Below, in pieces: positions 52,135 through 64,000 of a DNA stretch of 64,000 bases. The DNA comes from Heterodontus francisci (Eukaryota), in NCBI RefSeq assembly GCF_036365525.1, contig NC_090377.1, positions 39,028,201 to 39,092,200 on the forward strand, read 5' to 3'. Every line of letters starts with the position of its first letter. The stretch's first letter is position 1. Position numbers and translations under genes: made by a program. The notes beneath the pieces are model-generated. The model did not search any database. It was not told the DNA's origin and saw only the letters and a list, made by a program, of their open reading frames with translations.

Positions 52135-52811
52135 AGAGGGGGCAGCCACTCCGTCCCCGGCAATGGCGTCTGGCACCACCGTGCGGGCACCGGTGCCATT
52201 TTTAAAGGGCTTCAAGCCCTTAGGAAACAATTACATTTTTAAAGTCATATTATCGTGCATTTTTATTTAAAGAATAATTAAAAGCTGGAGGCCCATTCCC
52301 GAGCCCCCCCACCTCCAATGTTTTACTTATTGGCAGATATGTAGAAAATTTACTTTATTACCAACCTGAACTTTCCCCCCCCAATCTCATCACATTTGCC
52401 CTTCAACTCCTTCCCACCATCCCCACAGCCAATAAAAAGTGTTTTTCCCGCTGTCCCCTTCTCGACCTGAAAATTAATCTCCTCCCCCTCCCCACCAGCG
52501 TCTCGTCTTGAGTCCCCAAACAGGGATCGGAAGGCACAGGGCTTCCGGCCACAGGCCGGAATATCGCCGTGGGATGGCTTCCTGGTCTAGGTAAATTGTT
52601 TATCATTTATTTGCGTTCATTACAATACACACATGAAGGCCCCGCCACTGTCTGGCAGGGGGGCTGCACCGAGGCCTCGCCGCCGCTGGTAAAAGGCGGT
52701 GGGGCCTTCTCAGCATCAGGGGTCGTGGCGGGCCGCTCCCACAAGTATTTTATGGCCCCCCTCCACCCCCGCCATGACCCCCGACGTCGAGGAGCTGGTA
52801 AAATTCAACCC
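52135..52811. mobile_element. Truncated Harbinger-type MITE
   Basis: One terminus AAAATTCAACCC; the interior resembles the reverse complement of 45093-46249. Confidence 0.65.
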
Positions 52812-54390
52812 TGGGAGTTAGGACACACCTTTGAGGGTGACCTAAGATACAAAAAGGCAAAAAAAAATCTAGTGTCACCAAAGTCTTGCCAGCTTCTGAA
52901 GCAGTTTTGCTACTTCACTTATAGTACTTTTATGAGGTTGGGGCCGTTGCCAGCAGTAAATCCACCATACAATTGTCTGCCCTTGTCATATTTTGGGTAC
53001 TTCAACTCCCCTCACCTGACTCTAATGGATCTAAGATTCTCCCTACTATTTCTGAAGCTTTGCTTTGGAAAGAGTACTGTACTTTGTCTCAGTATTACCC
53101 ATCTCTTTTTTTTTCAAATTTATGTTTTCATTTGTTCTCATTAAGTTGGGGAAAGACTTATTGGAAAATACTCTCCCTACTTTTGCTACCAGTATAAATT
53201 CAAGTATTCCAAGGTACGGTAAGGTATGACACACTACAGGCAAAGATTGCCATCCAACACAATAATTGGCACAGCAAAAGAATAACAGATATATGGCAGA
53301 TAGATAACTGGAGGTAGGTCATATTTTCCGAGGCCTTGAATCTCTGGCAGAGGCTCTGCATGCAGTGGACAATTCATCAGAAAATCCTAGATGCTCTTCC
53401 CAAGACTTTGCACACAAGGTCCCGGCCATTACACAAGGCTTTGGAACGTTCTATCCGTTGTGTCTCTGCAAATTTGATAAGAAATCACCATTCTGTCCAT
53501 TTATTGTGTCCAGCATTATTGAGTATTGGAGGCTGAGAGTGGCAGTGCTTACAACACAGTAGCTACTTAAAAGATTTACATGGCATTATAATACCAGAAG
53601 AAAATGGAGTTTTGCATGCATTATCACCATCACCTGAAGCAGAATATTAACTTTACAACTTGAGGTTACTCATTGTTATCTGTTTTATTCATATAGTTTC
53701 TTATTTTAGGCGTCTAGTATTGTGTCAGGAGTTGCTATATTAACTTGCGGTGTGTGCCATAGATTTGATGTACAAAGCCATTCATGCAAGAAAATGAATG
53801 ACATTACTGTAATTGTATTGACTACTAATCTGTAGGTGATTAGCAGGAAATTTTCTACCCAGTAAATATTATACATTCTTTTCTTTATCTACATGCAAGC
53901 TTTGTTCCAGCACCAAACTGACATGATTGATGTCTTTTTTGCCAATAGAGCACGTGCACCTGTCATTCATTAGCTCCAGAGCAAGATGTAACACCAGGTT
54001 TTATGATCTGGACTTTGTGGTTAGATCCTTACAAGCTTTAATTTCTATCAGTTTCTCATTGGACTACCCAGCACTATAATCGTCACCTTTATTTTTCCTT
54101 TGTATGGCAGATAAGTACTTCTTATTCAGAACTGCAATCAGATGAGTTAAGGTATACACAGTTTAAAATGGATGTTATTAAAAATAAGTTCTGTTTTTCT
54201 TGTCATATAATGAAGGAGGGAACTGTCTGTGCTTTCATTTAAATTAATTGAAATTAACTTTTATAAAGCACTGATGAGCAAAATTTATGTGCTGTTTGAA
54301 TGATTCTGAAATGGATTCTTTTTCTGCATGTCTAGTTAATGTTCCCTACAATTCAGATTCATTGTGAACATTTTTTTTTGCCTTTTTAAG

Positions 54391-54527
54391 ATCAGCCTCC
54401 TGAGATTACCGATTTGGAGAATGGTGGCCTGTGTGATATACGAATCTTTGAGTGCAACAGTATTAGAGTATTTGGCCTGGGCTTCAGGGACTCTCCTGAT
54501 CTCCAATGTGAAGTTACCAGTCTAAAG
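54391..54527 (+). CDS. VWDE: VWDE coding exon
   Basis: ttttaag|AT CAG; reads (D)[45 protein letters not shown]; donor |gtaagg. 137 nt, phase matches the previous exon. Not in the ORF track. Confidence 0.94.
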
Positions 54528-55544
54528 GTAAGGGATCTATGCAATGATTTGGAAGCGTGTGTCCCTTTAGGTATCTCCTATCCTTAGAGCGAATAAAACT
54601 GTAAACAAGATTGGACAACAGAAACTGTAGCCTACAGACTCATAAACTGCAGATTCTATGAATAGTTAAGGTGTGATGAGCAGTTTTAAAAATTAAATAT
54701 TTCATTGTGAATCATCTCCAGACAAAAATTCGATTTATATTTCAGAAAAAAATGACTCTGCAAAGATTTATGGGATAGTAAATGATAAGGATCTTTTTCA
54801 AGGGCATACATGTTGCTGTGTAGGCTTTGCTGCACAACTTGTGCAAATGCAGTATAAACTGAAAAACAATAAAGGCCACAACCACTTTCAGCTATATTCT
54901 AACTATCTGGTATTAACCTTGTAGTCTTAGACGTAAGGTTGGTATCTCATGATGCTGACATCACAGGAGCATGTTAATTGTGCGAGAATTGGCTATGCAA
55001 ATGAACATTTTTATAAATAGCGCTTTGCAATAAAACCGCAGATGTCTCTCAGTAACCGGTTTGCTGAGAGTCAGATATAGATATCTAACTTACTACCACA
55101 GTAATGTAAAAATATCTGGTACCAGCTGAGATCAACTAACTCACCATGTACAGACTCGGAACAAATCTTACTGATCTGTCTGGCTTAATTATTCACTAGA
55201 TAAAACACACTAAGCCATAAAGACCAGGAAGGTGCCAGGTTTTCTTGCTAATGTGCATGTGCCATCCTCAGTTGGTACTGAAGTTCATCTTGATGTCCCT
55301 CAGTTAGGGAGAAGCATTCAGGCAGGCTGCCTACTCCTATCAACCAATCGCTATTGAAGTGTGCTTCTGTGAAGACAGGACTGATTTCAGTTGTGATGGC
55401 TCCTGATGAAACATTTGACCAACACTCAAGGTTCCCACCTAGGGCAAGACCATTTTGAGAATTGTGTAAAAATAAATAGTTATCTTTTTTAGCCTGTGAG
55501 AAAACTTGTCCTTTGTCTGCTTATTTAACCTGAGTATTGCTGAA

Positions 55545-56290
55545 AATAGAGATGTTGTCAAAGCTTTTCGCTTTGCACTCATCAGAACAATCCGCAAGAA
55601 TACCAATGTAAGGTAAAACAACAACTTTATACTGTATGAGAAGAGAGTGTTAATTGGTTGGCAAATGAACTCTGATTGGTAGAGGCTTTGCCATTGAGAA
55701 TGCACCAGTTTACAGTGATTGACAGTTTACTGCCAAGCTTTGTTTGAAATTTAAACCAGGCAGCTTGAGTCTTATTGGTCAAGGCATTGCCCTGTGGAAT
55801 GAGCCAGCGAATGGCTGTCACTTATTTTGTTTAGCTGAAACAGACGCAATGTTTGTACATGTTCTTTTGGTCTGCAAAGAACAGGGCCCTGTGTATTAAC
55901 ATATGTAACTTCCAGTACACGCAAATGCGCCACACTGCGAGCCGTACTGACAATCTTAAATTGGTTGCCAGCGTAATTCTTAGCACACTGAGAATTATTT
56001 AGCAAATTTTGTCTAATCACAGAATCACATCTAATGTTGGACACTGTGTTTTGAGTTTTGCAAGCACAGGCTGGTTGGTGTTTGCCACTAACAGGATGCT
56101 GCCGTCAAAAGATGTTCTGCCTATCACACAAATGAGTAATGTGATATATGAATTTTAATGTCAGTGTGATGCTAGGTATATAGGCCGTACGTCCCAAAGA
56201 CTAGCAGATCGAATCAAACAACATGTCCCTTCCGCTGTTCGCAACGAGCAAGGTACGGGCCGTACCCAACCAGCCCGTGCTTGCAAAAAA
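55545..56290 (-). mobile_element. Penelope-like retroelement 3' fragment with inversion
   Basis: The + strand has GIY-YIG-type NVIYEF*CQCDARYIGRTSQRLADRIKQH (about 56135-56230). Its continuation (LRVLEVTYVNTQGPVLC) and the 3' UTR are on the - strand, ending in a hammerhead motif. Confidence 0.85.
55551..55592 (-). ncRNA. Degenerate minimal hammerhead ribozyme motif
   Basis: The - strand reads TTGTT-CTGATGA-GTGCAAAGC-GAAA-AGCTTT-GACAA, located at the 3' end of a Penelope-like element. Confidence 0.6.
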
Positions 56291-56299
56291 AAGCAAATC

Positions 56300-56900
56300 A
56301 AACTTTTGGGTTTATTTTTAAAGGAATGTAATTGAAAGTAAAGAAGTTGAAGAAACTTGATTAGGCCACACTTGGAGTACTGTATACAGTTCTGGCTACT
56401 ATTATAAAAGGATGTAGAGTCTCTGGTAAGGGTGCAGAAAAGATTTACAAGGACGATACCCAGAAATATAAGGTTATACCGATCAGGAAAGGATGTTCAG
56501 GCTTTGGTCTCTTGTCTCTTGAAAAGAGAAGGCTTAGAGGTAGCCTCATAAAGGTCTTTAAAATTATGAAAGATTTTGATAGAGCAAACAGAGGGAGTGT
56601 TTACACTTGTGGGCAAGAGCAAAACTAGAGGCCATCAATATAGGATAGTCACGAAGAAAGAAAATAAGGAATTCAGAAGAAACTTCTTTTTGGAGGGAGT
56701 GGTGAGAATGTGGAGTTCACAGGGAGTGGTTGAGACGAATCGTATAGATGCATGTAAGGGGAGGCTGGCTAAGCATATGATGGAGAAGAGAATAGAGGGT
56801 TATGCTGATAGAGTTAGGTAAGGAAGGATGGTAGGAGGCTCGAGTGGAGCATAAACATTGGGCTGATTGGCCTGTTTCTGATCTGTATATTCTATGTGAA
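56300..56900 (+). mobile_element. CR1 LINE 3' end
   Basis: RPHLEYCIQFW and KTRGHQYRI...RRNFF. Confidence 0.85.
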
Positions 56901-57734
56901 ACCTGGAGAGGCTGGTAGACAAACCCATGCCGACGCAGTAGAGGGAGCTCCTCTGAAGTTGAGTTTCTGGCTTTCTATTGGCACGGTGCAGAAGGACTGA
57001 CTGGCTGATGCTGACATTTGGGTGAACAAGTTGGAAAAGTGTTCTCACCACAACATGGCACATCTCGAAGAGCATAAAAATTCAAAATATATTTCAATAT
57101 ATTTATTTTGTTGGACCTTATTGATTGATTTATGTATTCTTATAAATGATGGTGTAAGATTTATAGATGAAGCTTTGTTGTAAATAGGACAAGTGATTTG
57201 TTATGGCTGGTGTTTTTTATTGCTTTGATCTGCTCAGAAACCAGAATTTTCACTGCATCAGGGACTTTTTATATAAAGTTGGAGTGTCCTGGCAGCAAAT
57301 CAAGTGCAGGAATTCATGAGATTTATTATGGGAAGTTGAGTTGTACTAAATCATTTGCCCCAGTCAAAGGATATTGAGCAAGATTATTCACATTTGCTGT
57401 CAACTTAGAACCTCATTTGCATCACACTGAAGCCAAGTTTACTGTACAATAAAATACAAATTAGAATCCTTAATGCTTTAAAAATATCTTCAATTCAACT
57501 GTCTGATTGCAGCAATAGACTGTGAAAATAATCCCATCATGTGCCACAGCCCACATGGTAACTCATTGCAGCTTCTAATACCTTATGGAGGAACCTCGCC
57601 TGCCAACAGTTCACGTCAGGAAAGCACTGCCATGATTTTCCAAAAGGTCCCAATGGTGATAATGTTTCTCACTCTCAGAACAGTCACGAAATTTGGGCCT
57701 TAATGTCACATTGATTTATTGTTACCAACTTACA

Positions 57735-58000
57735 CTCTCAGATGGATAAAAAAAATCCCATGATACTATTTGAAGTGCCCTGGCCAACATTTATCCCTCA
57801 ACCCACATCTAAAAACAGATTATTTGGTCATAATCTCATTGCTGTTTGTGGGATCTTTCTGTGAACAAATTGGCTCCCCAGTTTCTTGCATTACACCAGT
57901 TACTACACTCCAAAAGTCCATCATTGACTGTAAGGTGCTTTGGCATGTCTCAAAGACGTAAAAGGCGCCATATCAATACAAACTCTTTGTTTCTTTCTTA
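57735..58000 (+). mobile_element. DeuSINE-type SINE, 3' part
   Basis: Similar to 60225-60470. Confidence 0.75.
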
Positions 58001-58891
58001 GCTAACTCAAATCCATAATGTTGAAGATATACGCCTTTGGTTTCCTCAGTGTGCTAGTTTTAATATTTATTTGTCTGGAAAGCCATTTGTAAATTAGTTA
58101 TAAATAATGCACAGAGAAAAATGTTGGGATGGTACATAAATGAAACCTTGTAATAAGCAGACCCTACAGATGATTAAATGGAGATAGTTCTCAGTTTAAA
58201 AAACAGGATGAAAGTCATGAGTGTGAAAATATAACTCTGTGTTTAATATACTTTGAGCATAATTTTCAGATACCCATTATATTCTGATCAGACAGAATGT
58301 ATTACAGACAGCTGTCCACCCATTCTAGCAGCATACAGGCGGGAGCAATTTTGAGGCCCAAACCTCATTTAAATAGACTTGCCGAGCTTCCTGACCCAAA
58401 TGGGCATCCATATACTGCTGTATTTGGACCAGTGGTCCTGCTCCCCCGGCCCCACAAAAATTATTTAAAACTTCGGTTGGGCTGCTTGTAAAACTGGTTG
58501 GAGAGTGCATGGTGTCCGCTATAACCAGTTCTGTCCAAAATGACAGTAGGCATCCTATGCATAACACAGGACCCAGATTTTCTTATTAAAAAGGACATAC
58601 CGGCTGTAACAGACTGGCATTTTGGCCATCCAGCAGTAGGTAGGCCGTTAAAAATGGCAGTGACCGATGCGTTGGCATTAATAGGGTTCTAAGTCCACCG
58701 ACTACAACTTGAGGCCATCACCAGCCTCTGCTTTTGATGAGTGAAAATCGGTCATTGCTTTTGATTGTTAGAAATCATTAGTGTTGAGGATTAAAATTTT
58801 AAATTGATGCTGGCTTTTGTGGTAATTACAAAGCTCACACAGATCACAATGTGAACATTCTCTTTGTTTTTCCTGCTATTGTCGAGAGCAG

Positions 58892-59053
58892 TATGTGAAT
58901 AATGGATGGATTCCAGGAGCTACTCAGATTACGAAGGCAACATTCCTTAGTACCAAAGCTGTTGATTGCCAAATTCCACCACTAACAAATATGGCAACTG
59001 AGACTGTGGACTTCATGTTTTCAGATAAACCTTTTGCCAGGTGGCAAATAAAG
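58892..59053 (+). CDS. VWDE: VWDE coding exon
   Basis: gcag|TAT; reads [31 protein letters not shown]...[10 protein letters not shown]; donor |gtaaga. 162 nt. Confidence 0.93.
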
Positions 59054-60037
59054 GTAAGACTTTTAAACTTACAGAACCAAACACTACTGAAAATTAAAAT
59101 ATAATTTAATACTATGAATTGATTGAAGTAACTGAATTGTTTGTGCTTAACAAGGGGATTTGAATAACAAACTTTTACTTTATTTTCCTTCTTCACTTTT
59201 CTACCTTCACTAACCCTCTGCTGAATGTGCAAAGTTCTACTGGTAACTCATCCAAGTAGCTCAACCAGAGAACATGGCCTGTGCCTAAATGGAGGGTAAA
59301 TTCAAAACTAATCTGCAGCACCAATATTTCAATGAGTGAGTGGTCAATCTATAGGCTTCCTGGAGAAAGAGTGGAAGCAGTTTGTATTGAGTTCTTCAAA
59401 TGCTAGTTAGATAGATTTCTTTCAGAATTTTCTTTTGATACAGTATATGAGTCACTTGCAACATGAAGTGTAGCATCCTGGAAAGGAACACGTGGCTTTG
59501 GACATGTGGTTCCCAAAGCTCTCTACCACTGAGGATTTCCTTGCGTCATGTCTCGACTTGTTGTAGATTAGTTAATAGAGATAGATTGCTATGATTGGTC
59601 AACAACTCCATTATCCTATCATGCATTAACCAGGATAGTTTATGGTGAACTAGATCGGCCGTAGTCTTTTTCCATCCAGCAAATCCTATATTCTTCTTCA
59701 GCCTTGTCTACATCCAGCCACACACATTTCCAGCAGTAGTAAGTAACAGATTGGTTCCCTTCCTACAGCAGAACTAATAAATTGCCGTGTCACAAATTGG
59801 CAAGATCACAGCATTCATAGCAGCTCAGGGATCAGAGGACGTTTCTGATCTATAAGGCTTAAAATCTTCATTACTATAATATGAGATAAAATCAACCCCA
59901 ATCAAATGGGTCATTCAGAGGCCCAAAAGTTATATTTATAATCCTTCCTGTTTCAACTGCAACCAATAATATGCTGTAGATTTGCTGGTATATTCATAAA
60001 TACTTATTTTTAGCACTAAAGCTACATAATTAGATAG

Positions 60038-60472
60038 GTGTCAGCTGTGGCTCAGTTGGTCGCACTTTTGCTTCTGAATCAGGAGGTTGTGGGTTCAAAT
60101 CCTACCCCAGGACTTCAGCACAAAATTCAAGGCTGACACTGCAGTGTAGTACTGAGGGAGCACTGCTCTGTTGGAGGTGCTGTCTTTTTGGATGAGAGGT
60201 TTTCCCCGAGGCCCGTCTGCTCTCTCAGGTGGATGTAAAAGATCCCATGGCACCTTTTTAGAGGAGAGCAGGCGTCCTGGCCAATATTTGTCCCTCAATC
60301 AAAATCACAAAATCAGATTATCTGGTCATTATCACATTGCTGTTTGTGGGAACTTGCTGTGTGCAAATTGGCTGCTGTGTTTCCTACATTACAACAGTGA
60401 CTACACTTCATTGGCTGTAAAACACTTTGGGGCGTCCTGTGGTCATGTTTGGTGCTATATAAATGAAAGTTT
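60038..60472 (+). mobile_element. tRNA-derived DeuSINE (SacSINE1-like)
   Basis: A-box TGGCTCAGTTGG, B-box GGTTCAAATCC, Deu-domain-like GGATGTAAAAGATCCCATGGCAC, LINE-like tail GCTATATAAATG. Confidence 0.8.
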
Positions 60473-60989
60473 TTATATAATAAACTATTTACACTATATT
60501 TAATTCTTCAGTTCTTAGTAGACAGTTTTTATAATTAGAAGATTGGTACATTGGGAAATATCAGTGTGCTATTAGCCTCTATTTTATTCTATTTCCATCA
60601 GTCCAATGAAGTAGGAAATGGTCCTTTTAAACATCTTACACCATTGATTCTACTCCAAGAACACAATTGTAATTCTGCGACACTGACACAAAAGGAAATG
60701 AACTTATGTATTCATTCCCCTTTTGTAGGCCTACAAGAGTAGTCTACCAGCATTGCCCATGGCCATCAACAAACCAGCATCTCACATCGTCCTTGATGTT
60801 CAACAGCATTACCATAACTGAATCTCCACTGTTATGTTTTGTGCCCCAAACATGCAGAAACCTGATTCAAGATTTCTGTGTGTGCAAAGGCTGCCAGGAA
60901 TCTGTCTGGACTTGTCTTCATTTCAGTTGTGGAACCATGCCCCTTCCAGGGCTGTCGAACAGCATAGTGAGCAATGTTACACAGCACAA

Positions 60990-61848
60990 AACAATCAATC
61001 ACTGAACAATCAAACACCACACCCACCATCAACATCCTGGCAGTTACCATTAACCAGAAACTTAACTGTGGCTACAATAGAAGGTCAGGGGCTGGACATT
61101 CTGCAGCGAGTAACTCACCTTCCGACTCCCCAAAGCCTGCCCACCATTTATAAGGCACAAGTCAGCTCCAACAACACACAAGAAGCTCAACACCATACAG
61201 GACAAAGCAGTCCACTTGATTTGCACTCCATCCATCACCTTAAACATTCAATCCCTCCGCCACCACCACATAGGGGCAGCAGTGTGTACCATCGCAAGAT
61301 GCACTGCAGCAACCCGCCAAGACTCCTTCGACAGCACCTTCCAAACCCACAACCTCTACCACCTAGAAGGTAAAGGGCAGCAGAAGCATGGGAACATCAC
61401 CATCAGCAAATTCTCCTCCAAGACACACACCATCCTGACTTGCAAAAATATCACCATTCTTTTTTTTTATTCATTCATGGGATGTGGGCGTCACTGGCTA
61501 TGCCAGCATTTATTGCCCATCCCTATTTGCCTTTGAGAAGGTGGTGGTGAGCTGCCTTCTTGAACCGCTGCAGTCCATTTGGGGTAGATAGACCCACAGT
61601 GCTGTTAGGAAAGGAGTTCCAGGATTTTGACCCAGCAACAGTGAAGGAACGGCGATATAGTTCCTTCACTGTCACTGGGTCAAAATCCTGGAACTCCCTT
61701 CCTAACAGTAGTGTGAGTGTACCTACACCCCAAGGACTGTAACGTTTCAAGAAGGTGGCTCGCCACCACCTTCTCGAGGACAATTAGGGATGGGCAACAA
61801 ATTCTGGCTTTGCCAGCAATGCTCACACCACATGAACAAATAAAAAAA
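60990..61848 (+). mobile_element. Older CR1/L2-group LINE 3' end with an antisense same-family insert at about 61460-61660
   Basis: Homologous to 24960-25650; contains a reverse-complement copy of the family's last 200 nt or so. Confidence 0.85.
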
Positions 61849-62079
61849 CATTCTGCGTCACTCTCACCAACTTCACTTTCTTCTACTCTGCCTTTGCCTT
61901 AAAATAATTTGGCATAGTTGTTTAATTTGACAATTATGACTGCTGAGAAGTGCACATGGACCTTCATGGAGCAGAGTGCCTTTCCATTTATACAGTATTA
62001 CATTGTGGCTACTTTGCGAATCAGCTGGTGCCCAACCTCTGCATTCTGTTCAATATTCAGATTCTTGTCCCACATTTGA

Positions 62080-62690
62080 TTTGACATCCAGATGTATTTC
62101 TCCCACCTCTGAATCATTGGCCATTTATGCATCTACCTTTCTCTGTTACCACTAAAACCTAAACCATGCTTTCACTACCTCCAAGATAAATTTCTCATCA
62201 CGCCTCCACTTTCATCCTCCACAAACTCTCACTAATATAGAACTGTGACCTTGGCCTCTCCCATATACAGTCTCACACATTCATAATTCAACCATTCCAT
62301 TCTCCAGTCACTTCCTGTGTCTCTAGAAAATAGATTTCAGGTTCTTCATTTTATTTTTTAAATCCTTTATGGCCTCACTCCACCATATCTAAGTAATCGC
62401 CACCCTGGTTCTCTGATTCTGAACTGCTGTTTGTTCCTTGCACCCTCTGCTCCACCACCAGAAGACATTCTTTCAGTCACCGCATCCCAAATCTGGAGTT
62501 CTCTCCCACAGCTCTTTATTTTGCAATCTCTTGCCTTGTCCACAAAAACCTTTGGGAAGCCTATCTCTGCCATCAGTTCTTCTTTCTAACCCCCTCCACC
62601 AATACTTCTTTTGCCTCGCCTACATCCACCTTACCCTTTGTAAACTACTCAGAGTGAATGCAAGTTGTAATTTTTGTAGCTCATGCTACT
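62080..62690 (+). mobile_element. Ancient L2 LINE remnant
   Basis: Degraded segment resembling the L2 ORF2 C-terminus (FKSLHGLAPPYL-like; here FKSFYGLTPPYL with a frameshift) near 62335-62395. Confidence 0.55.
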
Positions 62691-63106
62691 AGAGGTGGTA
62701 TAAAAATGAAACTTGAAGAATCAGCAACAGCTGGAAAACAAATGGGGAGAAGACTGAGCAATGTAATAGGGAAAAATGGCCTCCCCACTGGGGTTGAATT
62801 CTGTGCTAAATTGTGTGGTGCAACCAACAACAGCAGCTGCTTCCAAATTTTTGTATGAGCTCTGCACATGAGCCTTGGTGAGGGAGGCAATTAGACAGCA
62901 CCCTGTGGAAGCAATAACTGGTATTTGTCTTGTCAATTCGATGATTAAAAATATGTTTCATGAAGTTCCGATTGTGAAGCTTGGAGGTAAAATTTGTTTC
63001 ATCTTCCCAAATATAAAATCTGCAATTCTGGAATGCCTAAATGATCATAGATAAAATAATATAAAAATATATTGCTGAAAATGCCACTATTTTTTCTACT
63101 TGGCAG

Positions 63107-63211
63107 ATTACAAACGATGGATCCTTGTTCAGTGGCTTGAAAGTCCTGACACTTTATGATGGTGTTTGTCAGATCTGTGATAGCATGCCAGCTGGACTTT
63201 GTAAGTTGAAG
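63107..63211 (+). CDS. VWDE: VWDE coding exon
   Basis: tggcag|ATT; reads [35 protein letters not shown]; donor |gtaatt. 105 nt. Not in the ORF track. Confidence 0.93.
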
Positions 63212-63372
63212 GTAATTTCAGATTTTTGAATATCGCTATAACTGAAAATGTGGTTTCTCAGTATAATGATACAGCTTTAAGTGGCAGAATTCTTGAAAAG
63301 AAATGGCAATGAGGAACTCACTTGTTAAAATTGAAGTGGCTAATTTTGGTCAGCTGGGAATTAGGATCACAC

Positions 63373-63795
63373 CGCTTGATTGGCACAAACATCCACAAAC
63401 ATTCACTCCCTCCACCACCGACACACAGTGGCAACAGTGTGTATCATCTACATGATGCACTGCAGCAATGCACCAAGGCTCCTTAAACAGCATCTTCCAA
63501 ACCCGCGACCTCTACCAACTAGAAGGACAAGGGCAGCAAATGCATGGGAACACCACCACCTGCAAGTTCCCCTTCAAGTCACACTCCATCCCGATTTGAA
63601 ACAATATCACCGTTCCTTCACTGTTGCTGGGTCAAAATCCTGGAACTCCCTAACAGCACTGTGGGTGTACCTCCTCACATGGACTGCAGCGGTTCAAGAA
63701 GGCAGCTCACCACCACCTTCTCAAGGGCAATTAGGGATGGGCAATAAATGCTGGCCTAGCCATTGACGCCCACATCCCATGAATGAATAAAAAAC
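63373..63795 (+). mobile_element. CR1/L2-group LINE 3' end
   Basis: Near-identical to 25235-25650. Confidence 0.9.
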
Positions 63796-64000
63796 CCATT
63801 ATCAAAGCGAAGATTTCCAAAACAAGCAATTCAGAAAAGCATATGTCATGAGATTTGTTTCTCTGTTAGAAAATGCAGAATTGTCTCCCTGTAGGAATGC
63901 ACCACACTTAGCCAAATCTAGACAGGTTAGACACAGGTCGTCAAGAACCAATGGTTAGGGGCTGCCAAATGTACCCAGCGATACTGCTCGACTTTAACCA

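Noticed and set aside
52569-53144. 191-aa ORF
   Set aside because: It starts inside a MITE and runs into unrelated flank, with no recognisable domain.

Overview
This is eukaryotic (vertebrate) genomic DNA, very likely from a shark or ray, inferred from HE1/V-SINE and DeuSINE-type repeats. The window covers the middle of one + strand gene, VWDE (von Willebrand factor D and EGF domain protein). Seven coding exons were read by eye with phase-compatible GT-AG junctions: 700-773, 7867-8140, 18827-19041, 20953-21896, 54391-54527, 58892-59053 and 63107-63211. The gene start and end lie outside the window. The introns (one is about 32.5 kb) are full of decayed mobile DNA: a full-length Gmr1-like Gypsy LTR retrotransposon (SCAN-like gag, integrase upstream of RT), many CR1-group LINEs, an RTE LINE, Penelope-like elements with hammerhead ribozyme motifs, PIF/Harbinger elements and MITEs, hAT elements, solo LTRs and tRNA-derived SINEs. 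The most unusual items are a six-unit array of tRNA-Pro primer-binding-site-like repeats, a perfect 99-bp palindrome carrying two hammerhead motifs, a 5'-inverted RTE insertion and two short locally templated insertions. I found no convincing new protein-coding system. Family calls come from motif recognition, not database searches, and many repeat boundaries are approximate.
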